Below are positions 24,319-37,030 of a DNA stretch of 64,000 nucleotides, piece by piece. This DNA is from Perkinsus chesapeaki ATCC PRA-425. Lineage: Eukaryota > Protista > Perkinsozoa. The stretch covers positions 24,306 to 88,305 of the forward strand of contig JAAPAO010000078.1 in NCBI GenBank assembly GCA_013115145.1, in the 5' to 3' direction. The notes beneath the pieces were generated by a model. The model was not told the DNA's origin. It did not search any database and saw nothing but the letters and a program-made list of their open reading frames with translations. The translations under genes and the position numbers were made by a program. The stretch's first letter is position 1, and every line of letters begins with the position of its first letter.

Positions 24319-27300
24319 ATGCCTAGAGTCCAGGAGTATCGAATAGTCCTTCCAATGGAGGTCGAGCAATACCATGTTGCCCAGCTCTACATGGTCGCCA
24401 AGTCTAGCCTGGAAGATACTACTGGCGGGGCTGGAGTGGAAGTGGTTACAAACGAACCATATGATGATGGTAGTAGTGGTTTGGTGTAGTGGTTAGTATG
24501 TCAGCCTTTCTCAGGGGAGACCCAGGGTCAATTCACTCATAAGCGCATTTCTATCGCACCGTATTTGCCGTCTTGGGTAACATCATTGGTGAATCCTGAT
24601 TGGCTGGTATTCGACGAGAAGAGTTGGAATGCCTTCCCTCGGTGCCGTACGGTCTACTCTTGTCCGATGCTTAGTGAGTTCTCGATGGAGATTGATAGTA
24701 TGCATATTGAAGGCAATTGTACAGATGATAACGCTCTTAAATTGGATGGTAACAAGCCGACAGTTTTTACGCTTTTTCTATCAGTTTTTGCCAGATGCGG
24801 ATCTTGCTAAGCGTAAAATTGACTTCATCGATATCGTAAACGATCACATATCCAGCAGGGATTATAATGAAGAAGAAGACCCGTCAAAATGGCATAGCGA
24901 GAAGGTAGATGGAGACAAGCGTTCGGACGGGGAGATGCTGTTTGCAGCTCGACATGGGACCTTTGGAGTCTGACTGGATGCAGACGACTCAGCCGATCAT
25001 GACGTGTTACAAGGTACTAAGGGGAAGGGGGTTTGGTCACCTGGGGGCGGCGTCGGCGGGGGGGAGGTGTTATTACGTGCTGCTGCGATGTGATAATACG
25101 ATTTGATTGTCGATTCGGTGCTTAATAGTGCGGAGTGGAAGAAGCATGGAATAGTTACATTCGTTGCATGTGGACGTAGTTTATATCGAGTGTCATTCAT
25201 TTGAGTGGTTATCAGGTTATTCATGTTACCTGTAATCCTGGGTTTATGATGCAGAACAGAGTTGAAAGTTTTATAGTTAAAGCGACTAAGACAACTCTAT
25301 TCAAGTAGTAAGGGGATGGATACTTGATAAAGGGGCGAATCCTGCCCAGTCGAGAGGACATGACAATAATGCCAATGTAGAGTGTATTCAGCGATGGTCT
25401 GAAGCTGAATAACTGAGTTGAGTAGTTCAATTACTAACCATTATTTCCTTCGCCACATTGAGGCCGATATCAATTGGTTTCGATTGCCGTCGTTGGAAGG
25501 CTGTCGTTGGCCTTGCCGTTTTTAACAGCGTACATCACCATTTCTCGAAATTTACGCATTCTCTGTTGGCGTGGAAAGCATTGGTATTAAAGGACGTATG
25601 GGCTCCATAAGCAGCAGGAGTCGGATTGATTATTACCGTGGTTGGCTACCTTTACGCTACGTAGCTGGGGGGAGCAGGGTGGAATCTCGAACCTCGCAGG
25701 TATCATCGAAAATGTGTGTGCTGGGCGGATGAATGGGCCGATCTGACGATGGATGATATTCGATTGATGGAGGATAAAGTCCAGAAGAAGCTGCGGAAGT
25801 TCTGGAGGGACAAACGGATTGAGGAAGGCTTGGAAGTTGCCAGCGATTCTGACGCCAGCGAAGTGCAGGGGGAGCTGGAGGGCACCCCTACTGCGGATGA
25901 GGATGCCTCACCCGGCAGCGCAACTGGCCGCCGATCTCGAACTGCTAGTCGAGCATCAAGCAAAGATACCACCGGGTTGCTAACAGTTACGGCATCACCG
26001 GTGGATCCGGCTAGGACTAGTGTGAGTGCGAGTGTTAATAATGACATAGCGGCGAGCGGTAGAGTTGGGGCTAGCCATAAGTGCAGCAGCATCACTGGTG
26101 GAGGAAGCGGTGTGGAGGTTATGAGGGCTGGATCGCTGTTTAAATTGGGGGATGGTATTATAAATACCAGCTGGAATGAGAGGTAGTAGTGGGGGGAGGG
26201 AGGGTTGGTAATTTCGTGGCGCGTGACAAGGAATTGGGAATACTGTTGTAGGGAGGTAGTATGGGAATAGGATTTAATCTATTTTGTTACTCGTTGATGG
26301 GGTGCATGTTCGATCTTTACGTCGCGCGCCACGAAATTAGTTGGTGACGTGAACTCTGCTCTTCAAGGTTGGTGAAAAAGCATTTAGTAGGGTTATGATT
26401 TTGAGAATATCGTCGAATAGGTGGAGAGTCATCTCAATTACGATAATGCCGATCGGTGTTCGATGACCGAGAGGTGGGCAAGCATGCAGTCTGGCAACTG
26501 CTGCTGCTACCAGCTTATCGATCGAGAAAGGAAGGGGCGTAGTGCGTAAACAACTGCGAGGTGTTACTGCTTTTGGCATTCAAACTAGCACTGATGTGTT
26601 GTGAAGTGGGGCCTTGAATGATGTATGTTTAGATACTTTGTGCTGTCGGGATCTGTCCTGAGCTATTATAGAGATTCGAGGGAAGTACGACCGAGGGAGA
26701 GTATACCGATGAAAGGGGCTGTAGTGCAGTGGTGTGGCTCACATAAGGGAAGAGAGCATGCCTTTATAGTCGTAATAACGTCACGCGCCATGAAATTGTA
26801 CGGTTATTCAGATGCCCAAGGACCATCGCAGACAGGTTGTTGTGTCTGGTGGAAGCGAGGGCGAGACGCGTCAGTGGATGCTTTGGTGTCAGGAGGCCGC
26901 AGATAGGGCTACGGCCTCAACGACACCTGGGCCAACCATGGAGGCATCTCCTAAGGTGGCTATGGTAGCTGAAGGAGAGCCAAAGGGGGGCGAGGGAAAG
27001 GTGAGTGGCGGTCTTTGGAGGGAAAAAGCAGTGTCTATCTTAGGTTGAAGCGCGCTCTTCGGGTGGTGGAGTAGTTCGCGAGAAGTCTGTTGATAAGGCT
27101 GGGCCGTCGGTGTCGTCTTCGTCAGGGGGCCTTCTGCCAGATGCCTGTACGCGGTATTTGCCTAAAGACCCTTTAAGAGGAATGGAGAGCCTTCTGAGGT
27201 TTGCTAGATGTGGATATCAAAGGAATGATATGTGTATGGTGTAAGTTGCCGGGGGTGGGGATCGAACTCGGGTGGGATGCCTCTGAGCAGGTCAACTGAT

Positions 27301-29517
27301 CGAGGGTTGAGGATTTGGCGGCAAATGGACCCTGTTGATGAGGAGGCCGGTTTGACGGTTTTTCTATCAAAAGTGTGGTCTGAGGCTACCAGAGTGGATT
27401 TCTATTCCGTCCCTTTGTCTATCGCCTTTGCAATAACTACCCTCTCCGTTTTCGTCATCCTCACACTCGGTGCTTTACTGACACCTCTAGCTGCATTCAT
27501 CCTCGTAGTGTGGTCCAAATGCCTGCTGGAAGTGTTCCCTATTGCCGAGGCCGTCAGGGAGGGTACTTCCAGTGGTGTTGTGATCGGTGAGGTTGTTGTG
27601 CCCACCACCGACAGCAGCATGGTCGAAGCCGCTCTTTTGGATGTATCCGAGTGGCATCGTTGGAGTCCGGCGCTGAAGTCTGCCGCTGCCTACAGGCTGT
27701 CTACTACTGGTCTGGGTCTTGTTAAATACGGCGGAGCGGAGCTTACTGAGCGAATTATTCGTCCTAGAGAGGAGGGGCCACCTAGCGTAGGTCCATGCCA
27801 GGAACAGCAAGCTTGCCTGCCATCACTAATAGTGTTGCATTACGATAGCAAGGCAAATGAGAAGTACTTTTGCTGGGCGGTGTTCCCGGGCCCTAAGTCA
27901 GTGTCGGTGCTGATGCTGAGCGCTGGTGGCCCCGGGAGAGCCATAAGGGGCCTGAGGTTTGTGCGAGAGTATCTTAGCTCGCTGCAAGTTGCCCCTGTAG
28001 TGTGGCCGAGACCCTTGCCATCACTACCGGATATGTTTATGCCACGAGGGAGCCAACATGTTCATGCGAGAAGGAGAGGGTCTGGTGGATGGGTGGAGCT
28101 ACCGGTGCCTTATGGTGTTAAAGGCCTCGACTCGGCATTAAAGAGGGCATTGTTGCACAACTCAGAGGAGGCTATTGTTGGCGGTAGGGTAATGGCTGAT
28201 GAAGATGACCGTGGTGGAGCGGACGTGATGCCGACTCTTATGGGTGGGAGAGGAGGCGGAGCGAAGTTTTTTTATGGTTTTTGGTTTCAGCGTTGTCGCA
28301 TCTATTCATCCAATCGAGTGCGTATATGCCAAGAGCGAGCACGGCTATTGTTAATAACGATAGTTGCCGAGCGGTAGGTTTGAACCGGGGTCTTTTGGAT
28401 AGCAGTTGGGCGCTTCCCCCGCTGGGCTATAAATGTGTATTTCAGTTACAACTGGTGGGAGCGTGCATAGTGGCCAGTCTACAACGTCTTCTTTGTGCCC
28501 TTGAAAGCAGTGATGCCTTCCTAACCACATCTGCAGCAGCTGCCCGGACCCCTGGTTACCGAGCCATCATAACTCCTGGAGACACATGCCAATGCAAGAC
28601 GATCCCTCGAGCTGGTCGAGGCCATGGAGCTGATATTTGCTGGGAGGCAGTGGCGCCCGATTGTGCTCATTATTTAGTGACAGAGGAAGAGGGCTGCGGG
28701 AGATGGACGCAACGAGGCACGATAAAGTGAGAAAAATACCCTCGGTGGGATTCGAACCCGAGTCGTGCTACTGCAGGTTTGGTGTATCATTATTGCCTCC
28801 TACATTGAAGTACAGAACTACTGGGATAGCTCTCAACCTCACCGGAAAGCACTATATCGACTTCCTCAGTAGTGAAGTCAAAAATGCAGCGGAGCGGAGC
28901 TCTAAGAGAACTGCAAATAAAGGCATTACCGCCTTCGTGACAGAGCTACCACGGCTGGTAAAAATGCCTGTTGCCGGAATCGAACTCGAGACCTTCTTCC
29001 TCTCGTAGGTCTGTCGCCCATTGAGTGGTTCCTCCAAGCATTGCTTGTTACGTTGGGAGGGCAAAGTATCTATCAACATTCCCGGAGCCAACGGTGGCAT
29101 TTGCGAGCTCTCCATTGTGGATCCATCCAGCGGTAAGTTATCTCGCTGTTCTTGTTCAACCCGGATGAGGGAGGATTCAGGCCGAGTGGCTGGAGAAGTC
29201 CGAAACGGTCGTGGTGGCCTGCATAGTGTTGGAGAGGGCAATATATTCGACCGTGTGTGCTTCGATGGCGAGCCACTTTGGGTTAGCGGCCTGTGCCCCG
29301 AGGATTTAGCGGCGTCTTCCGAGCATGCCGCTGAAGCCTTCCCTCCAACGTCCCCAGTTGTCGAGATAAAGGTAGGGTGCCGGGATCGAACTTGGGACCT
29401 TTCAATCGCATACTTCAGGTTGAATCTAGCAAGCGTCTCTTGCCGACTGATTGTCATACTCATCGATTGATTGGTCGCCGGCGCCGGGTCCAGTCGACCA
29501 AACCATTACAGGAATAA
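24319..29517 (+). CDS. Multi-domain lipid-transfer protein: PITP + PH + START-like
   Basis: N-terminal MPRVQEYRIVLPMEVEQYHVAQLYMVAK and CWADEWADLTMDDIRLME (PITP), GSLFKLG...WNERYFVLSGSVLSYY (PH), GLRIWRQ...EWHRWSPALK (START-like). The 3' end is approximate. Confidence 0.75.
25661..25699 (+). other. 39-nt intron with degenerate antisense tRNA 3' fragment
   Basis: Removal gives YLYAT|YHRKCVCW. The reverse complement contains GAGGTTCGAGATTCCACCCTGCTCCCCCCA. Confidence 0.5.
26209..26339. mobile_element. 131-bp MITE-like element in an intron
   Basis: TIRs TAATTTCGTGGCGCG(T/C)GAC (19 bp, 1 mismatch), flanked by the direct repeat GTTGG at 26204-26208 and 26340-26344. Confidence 0.75.
27241..27290 (+). 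other. 50-nt intron with antisense tRNA 3' fragment
   Basis: GTAAGTTGCCGGGGGTGGGGATCGAACTCGGGTGGGATGCCTCTGAGCAG. Phase-2 removal keeps the frame into STDRGLRIW. Confidence 0.7.
28727..28776 (+). other. 50-nt intron with antisense tRNA 3' half
   Basis: Reverse complement: CTGCAGTAGCACGACTCGGGTTCGAATCCCACCGAGGGTATTTTTCTCAC. Splicing removes an in-frame stop. Confidence 0.8.
28958..29008 (+). other. 51-nt intron with antisense tRNA 3' half
   Basis: Reverse complement contains AGGTCTCGAGTTCGATTCCGGCAACAGGCATTTTTAC. Splicing removes the stop at 29006-29008. Confidence 0.8.
29372..29418 (+). other. 47-nt intron with antisense tRNA T-arm
   Basis: Reverse complement contains AAAGGTCCCAAGTTCGATCCCGGCACCC. 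Flanked by AG|GT at both junctions. Confidence 0.75.
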
Positions 29518-29635
29518 TTGCCTCTATCATCCACTGCCTTATTGTAGCATTTCTACCACTTTTTTCAACTCCTTGGCATTTGAGTTAACCAAGTGGGAGG
29601 GGGTCGGGCCCGCTGCAGTCCCTAATTCGCTCACT

Positions 29636-30457
29636 ATGCTCCTCACCGGCTCACTCCTCTTTTTTTGCTCGGTGTACGGAGCACCCTTGTGGGACTCTGA
29701 GACTTGTCTGGAGGAATGCCCCGAGCTGGCTCAATCCGTGGCACTGCTGGAAGCTTTGGTTCTATCTCCTAAACTAGCCGCGGCCGCTCTATCGGGGAGC
29801 TATCAAGCCGGGTGGGAGGAGTATTTGACGCTTCGATCAGATTGATTGCCGTGTGTAGGTATAAGGCGGTCCGCGAGGACAAGGTGTACTCATGTGTGGC
29901 GGAAAAGCTATGTGGAACGTGTTTAGAGGTGAGCAGGGATCGAACTTGGGACCTTTGGATGAGGATTAATAAGTTTGTTGCTCTACCGTTCGGCCAGGAA
30001 TCCACGTGCACGATTGGGCGATGCATTGTCGAGAATGTCGCATGTCGGGCCTTAACCGATTTCACCTCGGATCTAGTTAAGATATGTTACTGCTCGATTG
30101 GTGAGCCACGACCCTACCCTTCCCTCTCAACCATCACTTCAGGTTACAACATCGCTGTCTTAAATGGGATGGTTGACCCCCAGTGGTCATCAACTGACCC
30201 TCCCTTCTGCGAAGGTGGTGTGAATGCTCCTCAAGGAACAGCAGAGACTGTTCAGGAATCATGCAGAGGTCGGTCACCTCGTTGGTTTAAGTATCCAGTA
30301 TTTTGCATTGTTGGACAGCGCCGCAGTGTTGGCTATATGCGGCCGTTGCCACTCGGCTGAGAGGGAAAGGAAGTTCCAGAGGAATAATTTGCCTAATTTT
30401 TTCGCGAAATTTGTAGATACTTGTCAGAATTCCGGTAGACTTTCGGATAGGATATGA
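29636..30457 (+). CDS. Small Cys-rich secreted hypothetical protein, multi-exon
   Basis: Signal peptide MLLTGSLLFFCSVYGA and several CxxxC motifs. 3' end uncertain. Confidence 0.55.
29929..29997 (+). other. 69-nt candidate intron with antisense near-full tRNA body
   Basis: Reverse complement: CTGGCCGAACGGTAGAGC (A-box-like)...AAAGGTCCCAAGTTCGATCCCTG (B-box). It is in-frame (69 nt), so splicing is inferred from GTGAG/CAG ends. Confidence 0.65.
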
Positions 30458-31081
30458 ATCGCAGCCACTCGATTGGTAAATATTAGGCCACGGTGACGGA
30501 AGGCGGAGAAGAATCCAAAGGATACAATCGGGATACAGTCCGTTCAGTTGTTGCATGTGTATTGTTGATGCGCATTACGTCGCCAACCTAAGGCTGTGGT
30601 TGGGGTCAGAGGCCCCATTTATTTTCCTGTTGTCATGTCACAACAGCCAGTTCGACTCGATAACCTTATGTAGCGACACACCTATACTGTCGACTATCTC
30701 CAATACAACAGCTGCTCATAATGTTAATTTCGAACCGGCTGCGGCGGCGGTGGTCCTATGGCTACGCCATGACTTATATGGTTGAATTTTAAACCGTAAA
30801 TAATTCCATGTGTGTGAAACATATCCGTAGAGACAACAGCTTCTCGCTCGCTTCCCCTTCAGATTTCAGTATTTCCGACTTCATCGGTGGTTCACCGCAG
30901 ACAGAGGAGCCAACCGAAAATGCCAAGGGGAGTTCAGCGGAGCGAAGCAGCAGATTACGCATATACCTGATATCACTCTTCAGCTTCCTGTGGGGCGTGT
31001 TCATGCTTTTATAGCTTTGATGTTGTTACTTACTATCTCGAGTTCTGCGGGGCACCGCGGTATGGTATTAGCCGTTTGTAA

Positions 31082-32191
31082 ATGTCATTCAACGGCAGCC
31101 CGATTCGGCAACAACCGGAGGAGGCAGCCCTCCCCGTCATACCACAGCAAGGGGAAATACACCACCCCATAGTGCTCCAGCAGCAGCAGGGGACAGATGC
31201 CGCACCACAAAGCCCAAATGAATTGGTCATCGGTTCAGTGGCAAGCAATAGTCCTTCTGGAAGCCCACTGCCACCTGCCCCGCCTCAACACCCACAGATT
31301 CCAACCCCAGCCACTAGTAGCAGGCCGGCCAGTGCTGGTACCAGTACGATGAGCACACAAGGGGGCAGCAGCGGTATAAGGCTGCAAGTGGAGGAAATGA
31401 AGCAGTACCTCGATCAGGCTAAATGCATGTAAGGTTGGATGAATAAAATATTATATAGTTGGAAGTAAATTCTTCGGAAAGTGGTACCGGCAACCGCGCT
31501 TGGGCGGAGTTGTAGAAATAGGAGATAACTTCGGAAGAGGCGCTCTATTATAATTATGAGGCTTCTGGGCTTCAACCCACGCGAGTTGCGTTCTTTGTGT
31601 GTTTTTCGAAACAAGTTCTTTTTCAGGTTCGCAGATTCTCCCGATAAATACGAGCAGTTGCTAGAGGTCATTGCCGGTAGCAATGACAACTGCTCCCTTA
31701 TAATTACTACCTTGTAGGTATGTCTAAAAGAACCCGTCCGCATCAGCCGGCCCCACCAAGCACTGCAGCCTCGACTCCCTCTGGTACAGTGACCGGCATC
31801 GGGGCACTAGTGGGGCAACTTCAACAACTCAATCACAGTCCTGACCAACAACAGCAACAACCCGCGGCAGCAGGCGTCCAGATGATACAGGCTCTGCAGG
31901 GTCTGATGCAGCATCAATCACAACAACAGCAGCAACAAGCAGTGGTGCCACAGCCAACACCTATGGATATTGCCAGACAGGAGGATGATATATCGGAACT
32001 GTGGGGCTTGCTCTATTTCACTACCGCCAATTTCACTTGTGTGTTTTAGGGACAACTTGGATGTTGGTGGTCTTATCGACAGGCTACTGGAGATCTTTGA
32101 GGGCCAAGGCGCGGCTAAATCCATGGTGAGGACGGGAGGGTATAGAAAGATCGACTTAGTCGATTCATCGCACGAGCTGCATGGGGCGTAG
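31082..32191 (+). CDS. Hypothetical Q/P-rich low-complexity protein
   Basis: Spliced Q/P/S-rich exons ending DNLDVGGLIDRLLEIFEG...HGA*. Confidence 0.55.
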
Positions 32192-32283
32192 TTGATCTCC
32201 CTCCTCGAGAAACATTAAGAAGTGGAGATATAATAGAAACCCTTGTTCGCGCTCAACATTTAATATTGCAGTGTGTGAGCGCC

Positions 32284-35200
32284 ATGCCGCCGGTTTGGTT
32301 AATCTACTAGGGATTACTTTAATATTAGTTATCAATCTCCATTGTTCTATCGCTCACTGATAATATTGTTAGTATCTAGCACGGCACCTGTCCAGGTCAT
32401 GGTATAGTCCCGGATGTTTTGAGATTCATTATCATCCTTGCAATCAGGTCCTATGCTTCCTACAACTCTGTCGGCTATCAAACCATCCAGCAGCCAGTTG
32501 GCTATTCGAAGAAGCTGAGAGACTTCGAGAAGCAGAAGTTAAAAGGCAAAAAGAGACCGAGGAGAAAGAAGCGGTAAATTGATTTAAAATGCCGCGTGCC
32601 GGGTTCGAACCCACGCCATTTTAGTTTGCAGCAGTCAGTGCAGCTGCTCGCGCTACTGCTGACGTAATAGGGCCTCCTGGACCGCCAATCTGTCTGGACC
32701 GCGCGGCCACTATGGCGTTTTTGACAGCAGGTGAGCGTCACTCTGCCAATCGATTGATGTCACTCATGTCGTTTCAGTTCTTCCAACTCTTCCGAGCAAC
32801 GTCTATGCGGTAGGCATTGACTCGGGTTCGATCCTCGGCAGAGGTGTTTCTTTTATCAGGTTCTTAGCTCTGGTGTCTACCAAGGCCTTGAAGCTGGTAT
32901 AGTTAATAGCAACTTCGATGAGGGTATGAGGAGGGTCCTGCAGAACTATGCCATGGCTACCTCAGTGTAAGACACATATCGCCATTCTCAAAAGTACGGG
33001 CATTTGAAAATAAAATGCCGTACCTGGGATTCGAACCCGAGATCTCCGTCCCTGTACAAAGGGTGTGGCAAGAATGATGGGTTCTGATGGTAGGTACCTG
33101 GCTCACCGTAAATCGATGATAAGGGTTCATGGGACTAACGAGTCGGCGTTCCCAAGTAGATCCACTGGAACCAGACGAGCTCCGGCTGCAAAGGGAAAGA
33201 GGAAACGAGCAACAACAGGAAGAGGAGCAGCAGCAGCCAAACAAGCTTCTACTAGCTCTGAGGAGGTATGTGAGAGATAACGGCTGATAATTATACCAAA
33301 TTTCCGTCGAATCTACGGGCATATCCCTGTCCTAGCTGACATTAGTTATACCACAAGTGTTGCCATGATTTCCTGAAGAGCGCGCGTTGTCCTAGAGTGT
33401 GACGTGGGAAGATTTCCTGAGGGAGATTCGAGGCAGATTTCCGAGAGCAATGTCAACACCCTAAAGAGAGTGAAGGGTAGTTATTGCGAAAATATTTCAG
33501 AACGGTCAAGGTTCGAGCGAGGAGGCCAGCGTTGAGGCTACAACACCTGAATCGGATGAGAGTACTGAGCTATCAAGGCAACCGGTTCGGCAAGCTAGGA
33601 AGAAAAGGGTAACTTTTGACGGAAAAAACGTAAAAACTGTCTCGTTAAGGCGAAGGCGTCTTCATCCTCCGAAGTATCTGATGACGATGCGGCGGTGCCA
33701 AAGAGACGGTCAACTCGCCGGACTCGTGCAGCTGTGAAGGTAAGTAAGGTATTTCTGGACGCTCCTATGCAGCATTTAGACCGAGAGAGGAGCATCATCA
33801 TCTGAAGCTGAGGAGCCAGTTGCTAAGCGTGGTCGAACAAACAGGAGAAAAGGCAAATCAGCTGGCAGCGCGGGGGACAGCTCGGTGGTGAGCGCTACAC
33901 AAAGACTAGGGGAGGAACCGACAATGGAAGGCCGAGAACGAGTTGCGCTTGAGATGCTGGTGGAGATTCTACCCCCTACACTTGCACATGAGATGTAACC
34001 AGCCAACACACGAGACTTAGTCGTGTTTAACCGTTTGGCCATCAGGTTCAAGACTTTGTCCATCTGGCTTGATGGAGGGTTCGAAGTCTCCACGGTCACC
34101 AGCTTTTTCGAGTAGACCGGAACAGGGAAGTCTGTCATCATGATTTATAATTTTAGGAGGATTATCGGTCATTTAAGGGGCTGCGCTACAGTACCGATGC
34201 CAACTGATGGCGAACAAGATGATATAGATATTCACAAGGAGCACAGTGCCTTATTTGATACTTATACTGAACAGGAGCGTAGGGCGGAGCGAAGCGTTTC
34301 ATGTTTACACATTTGCCCTTAGGCACAGTGCTCTTTAATAGGCTGTATGATTTGGACCGTGCCGTTATGGAGGTATGCAATCGGCATCTGACTGACCTAA
34401 TCAGTGGAATACTTCTCAAACGGGAAGGTTCCAAGCAGCGGAAGGTGAGGGACGCTCCTTCCTGATGGGAAAGTATTGGATTCATCTTTCGGTGGGGAAA
34501 ATCAAGCGTAAATAAAAGATTCTATGTTCTGCGGTGGCTCATTGTGCGGCGCAATAGTGTACCGCTGTCAATTCTTGTGCCAGGTCATCAGCCAAGCGCC
34601 AAAGGCTGAAGGATGTAGAAGTTATGTTAGCCATTTGTAGGTTGAAAAGATACAATCAGTTTGTACTGGTCATTGTGTTAGATGCTTCCCATGCGAGAGC
34701 GCGGAGGCAGCAGTCTGCAAGGAGAGGCTTCTGAGGACGCCTCCTGGGATAATAAACAACACATGGTTGGGCGTGTCACTTGGTAAGCTGTAATTCATAC
34801 CGTATTTCCCTCGCATTCTCGTTCAATAAGGCACAGAGGAGGCACAAGACTTTAAGTATTTCCGTCGAAATCATAACGAGGAGGCTTTGTTCAATAATGA
34901 GGATCATAAATACGCTACCACTCTCACGGTGAAGTGTGTCTCATTGACGGTAGGCTCTCATGCGCATGCGTGCGCATTTTTCATACCGTATTTTCGTAGG
35001 TTCGTCGTCTAGAGAAGCTCCGAAAGAGGTTGGATGGGATGTCGCAGGAGCAAAAAGAAGCTTATCAGCTTAAAATGCCTGGCGACATCACAAGCCAGTA
35101 TATCGAACAAATCATTAATAGGCATGTATCTTATTCCGCTGTGGAATGCATGCTTCAACCCAGTTACGCATCAACAGCTATGGGTCAGAAGATGGCGGAA

Positions 35201-37030
35201 GATCTGATGAAGCATCCTGCCAAGTTTTTGCCCCAACTCGTGCGTTCCTCGCCCCACCGAAGATCGGTATCCATTACTTTAGATATCACGATTGAAAGAC
35301 ACACAGGCGTCGCTGACATCACCTTCAACGGGGCTTATTGCCGCAGCATCTAAGGCATGGCTAAAGGTGGACAAGAGAAGCTTCCTACCTGGCTTGGACC
35401 ATAGAAGCTATTATTTCCGAGGGCACTGTAAGACAATGTCGTACTCCTTGATGAGCGGATTTTTATCAGGTCTCAAGAACTCTACAAGTAGAGCCTTCCT
35501 CAGTAATTTACAAGCTAGTGCCCCAATTGGCATAGTCGAGGAGGAAAGAGAATGGGCATCCTGGGGGTAGGCGCTCTACATTAGCAACAGCAGCTACTGC
35601 AGAGGTGCCTGTGTTAGGCCTCACTGGCTCGCCAGCAGCACCAATGGCCGCTACCCTCTTACGGTCATTGGTGATGATGCTGTGACCTTTGAGGACGCCA
35701 TAAGTGAGGAGACGAATAGTGCAGCTGCGGCAAGTGGTGAGGATACTATTAAGCCGTCACCTGTTCTTTTGTGCATGCCGGATCCTAAGGTACCCTGTAG
35801 GATATATATTGTGTCACAGTCTCGGACAGGTACATGAATTGGCACTCGAAGTGGTTCGGTGTAAAGTTGAAGGAACGTTCTCCGAAGAGCCACCGGAGGG
35901 GGTATCCGCTGGAACAGCCATGGAGGAGCTCGAGAAGGTGACCCTGGACGTTGCGATCGTATGGCATTCTCTCCTAAAGGTTCTTCGACCATTCTTACCA
36001 TCTACTGTACTGCCATCAGTTCACAGCTCGTCGACAACTACAATTCAGCAAGGAAATCATACCACTCGTTTGTTTGATGATGTCACCAACGACGCGGCGG
36101 ATGCAGCCACTAAGCCTAAACCTGTGTTCCTGACCCAGACTCAGTAGGTGTAGTCGTTGGCAAGCGTCGAGATACATCACTTCCTTCTCTTAGATACTTC
36201 CTGCTGCGCTTCTATCATATAGTCTACTCACGCTTGGCCAGAGCTTCCTCGGACATCACTCGTTTACAGAAACAGTACAAGCAACACAAGGAGGGACATT
36301 TCAGCAATGACGGCGGTCGAGGATGTGATCGAGACGGCCCCGTCTCGGTGCCCGACTCTCCTGAGCAGCCCCCTCCGGGTAAGCCCTTGGTGACTCTCGT
36401 AGCCCACAGTGGGCAGAAATATCTCACGTGGTTGACTAGTTACCGTCTTGTCAGATACGACGCCATCGACAGATAGTATGAACGGTGGGAATGCAATAGA
36501 ACCTGGCAGCAGAGGAATGGACTCCTTAGTATCCCAGATGGCACAGGTCGGAGGTCGTTCACCCTCGGCCTTGTATGAAGTACTACCTCAGATATTCTCT
36601 TCATCACAGGACTCCGCATCACAGCCAGCGGCGGGCTCCAATAGCACCCCGGCCCCGAGCTTCAATAATATCGTTCGAGAACACTTGGGCTTCAATAGAG
36701 GTTATTATCTCTATACCATGCCGAAGGTATGCCCAAGCCTCCCACTGCTGCTTCATTTAGCAGTCGTTTCAGGTGCTAGCTCGCATGGCCGATGTCTTGC
36801 ATCTTGTCTGTCTGGGTCGAGCCGATATCGTCGTAAAACGGAAAAGCGTCGACTCTGGTGAGCAGCAAAGACCAGATGTAGGAGTTTGATACCTTCCGCT
36901 AGGTGGCCCACGAACACCCAGAAAAGATGCGGTCACCGAACGTATACTGGCATTGAACCAATCGGTGCAAAGTGTCGGTTTGAGCCATGAAACCGCCAAA
37001 GAGCTTGCCTCCCTTGGCCTAGAGTGGTAG
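32284..37030 (+). CDS. Large hypothetical protein, many exons
   Basis: The reading frame can be followed across successive GT-AG introns (e.g. HEM|FKTLSIWLDGG...FFE|RIIGHLRG). Start uncertain (32284 or 32399). Confidence 0.55.
32574..32624 (+). other. Intron with a pseudo-palindromic tRNA-like insert
   Basis: AAAATGCCGCGTGCCGGGTTCGAACCCACGCCATTTTAG. The acceptor could alternatively be at about 32638. Confidence 0.7.
32810..32859 (+). other. 50-nt tRNA-3'-half intron (sense)
   Basis: GTAGGCATTGACTCGGGTTCGATCCTCGGCAGAGGTGTTTCTTTTATCAG. Phase 0, frame preserved. Confidence 0.8.
32994..33061 (+). other. 68-nt intron with antisense tRNA 3' half
   Basis: Reverse complement contains GAGATCTCGGGTTCGAATCCCAGGTACGGCATTTTATTTT. 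The acceptor is AAG (weaker). Confidence 0.65.

Noticed and set aside
28852-29463. 203-aa minus-strand ORF (and similar antisense ORFs such as 43090-43608, 59985-60434 and 37950-38234)
   Set aside because: Shadow or alternative frames of well-supported genes, with no independent motifs or splice logic.
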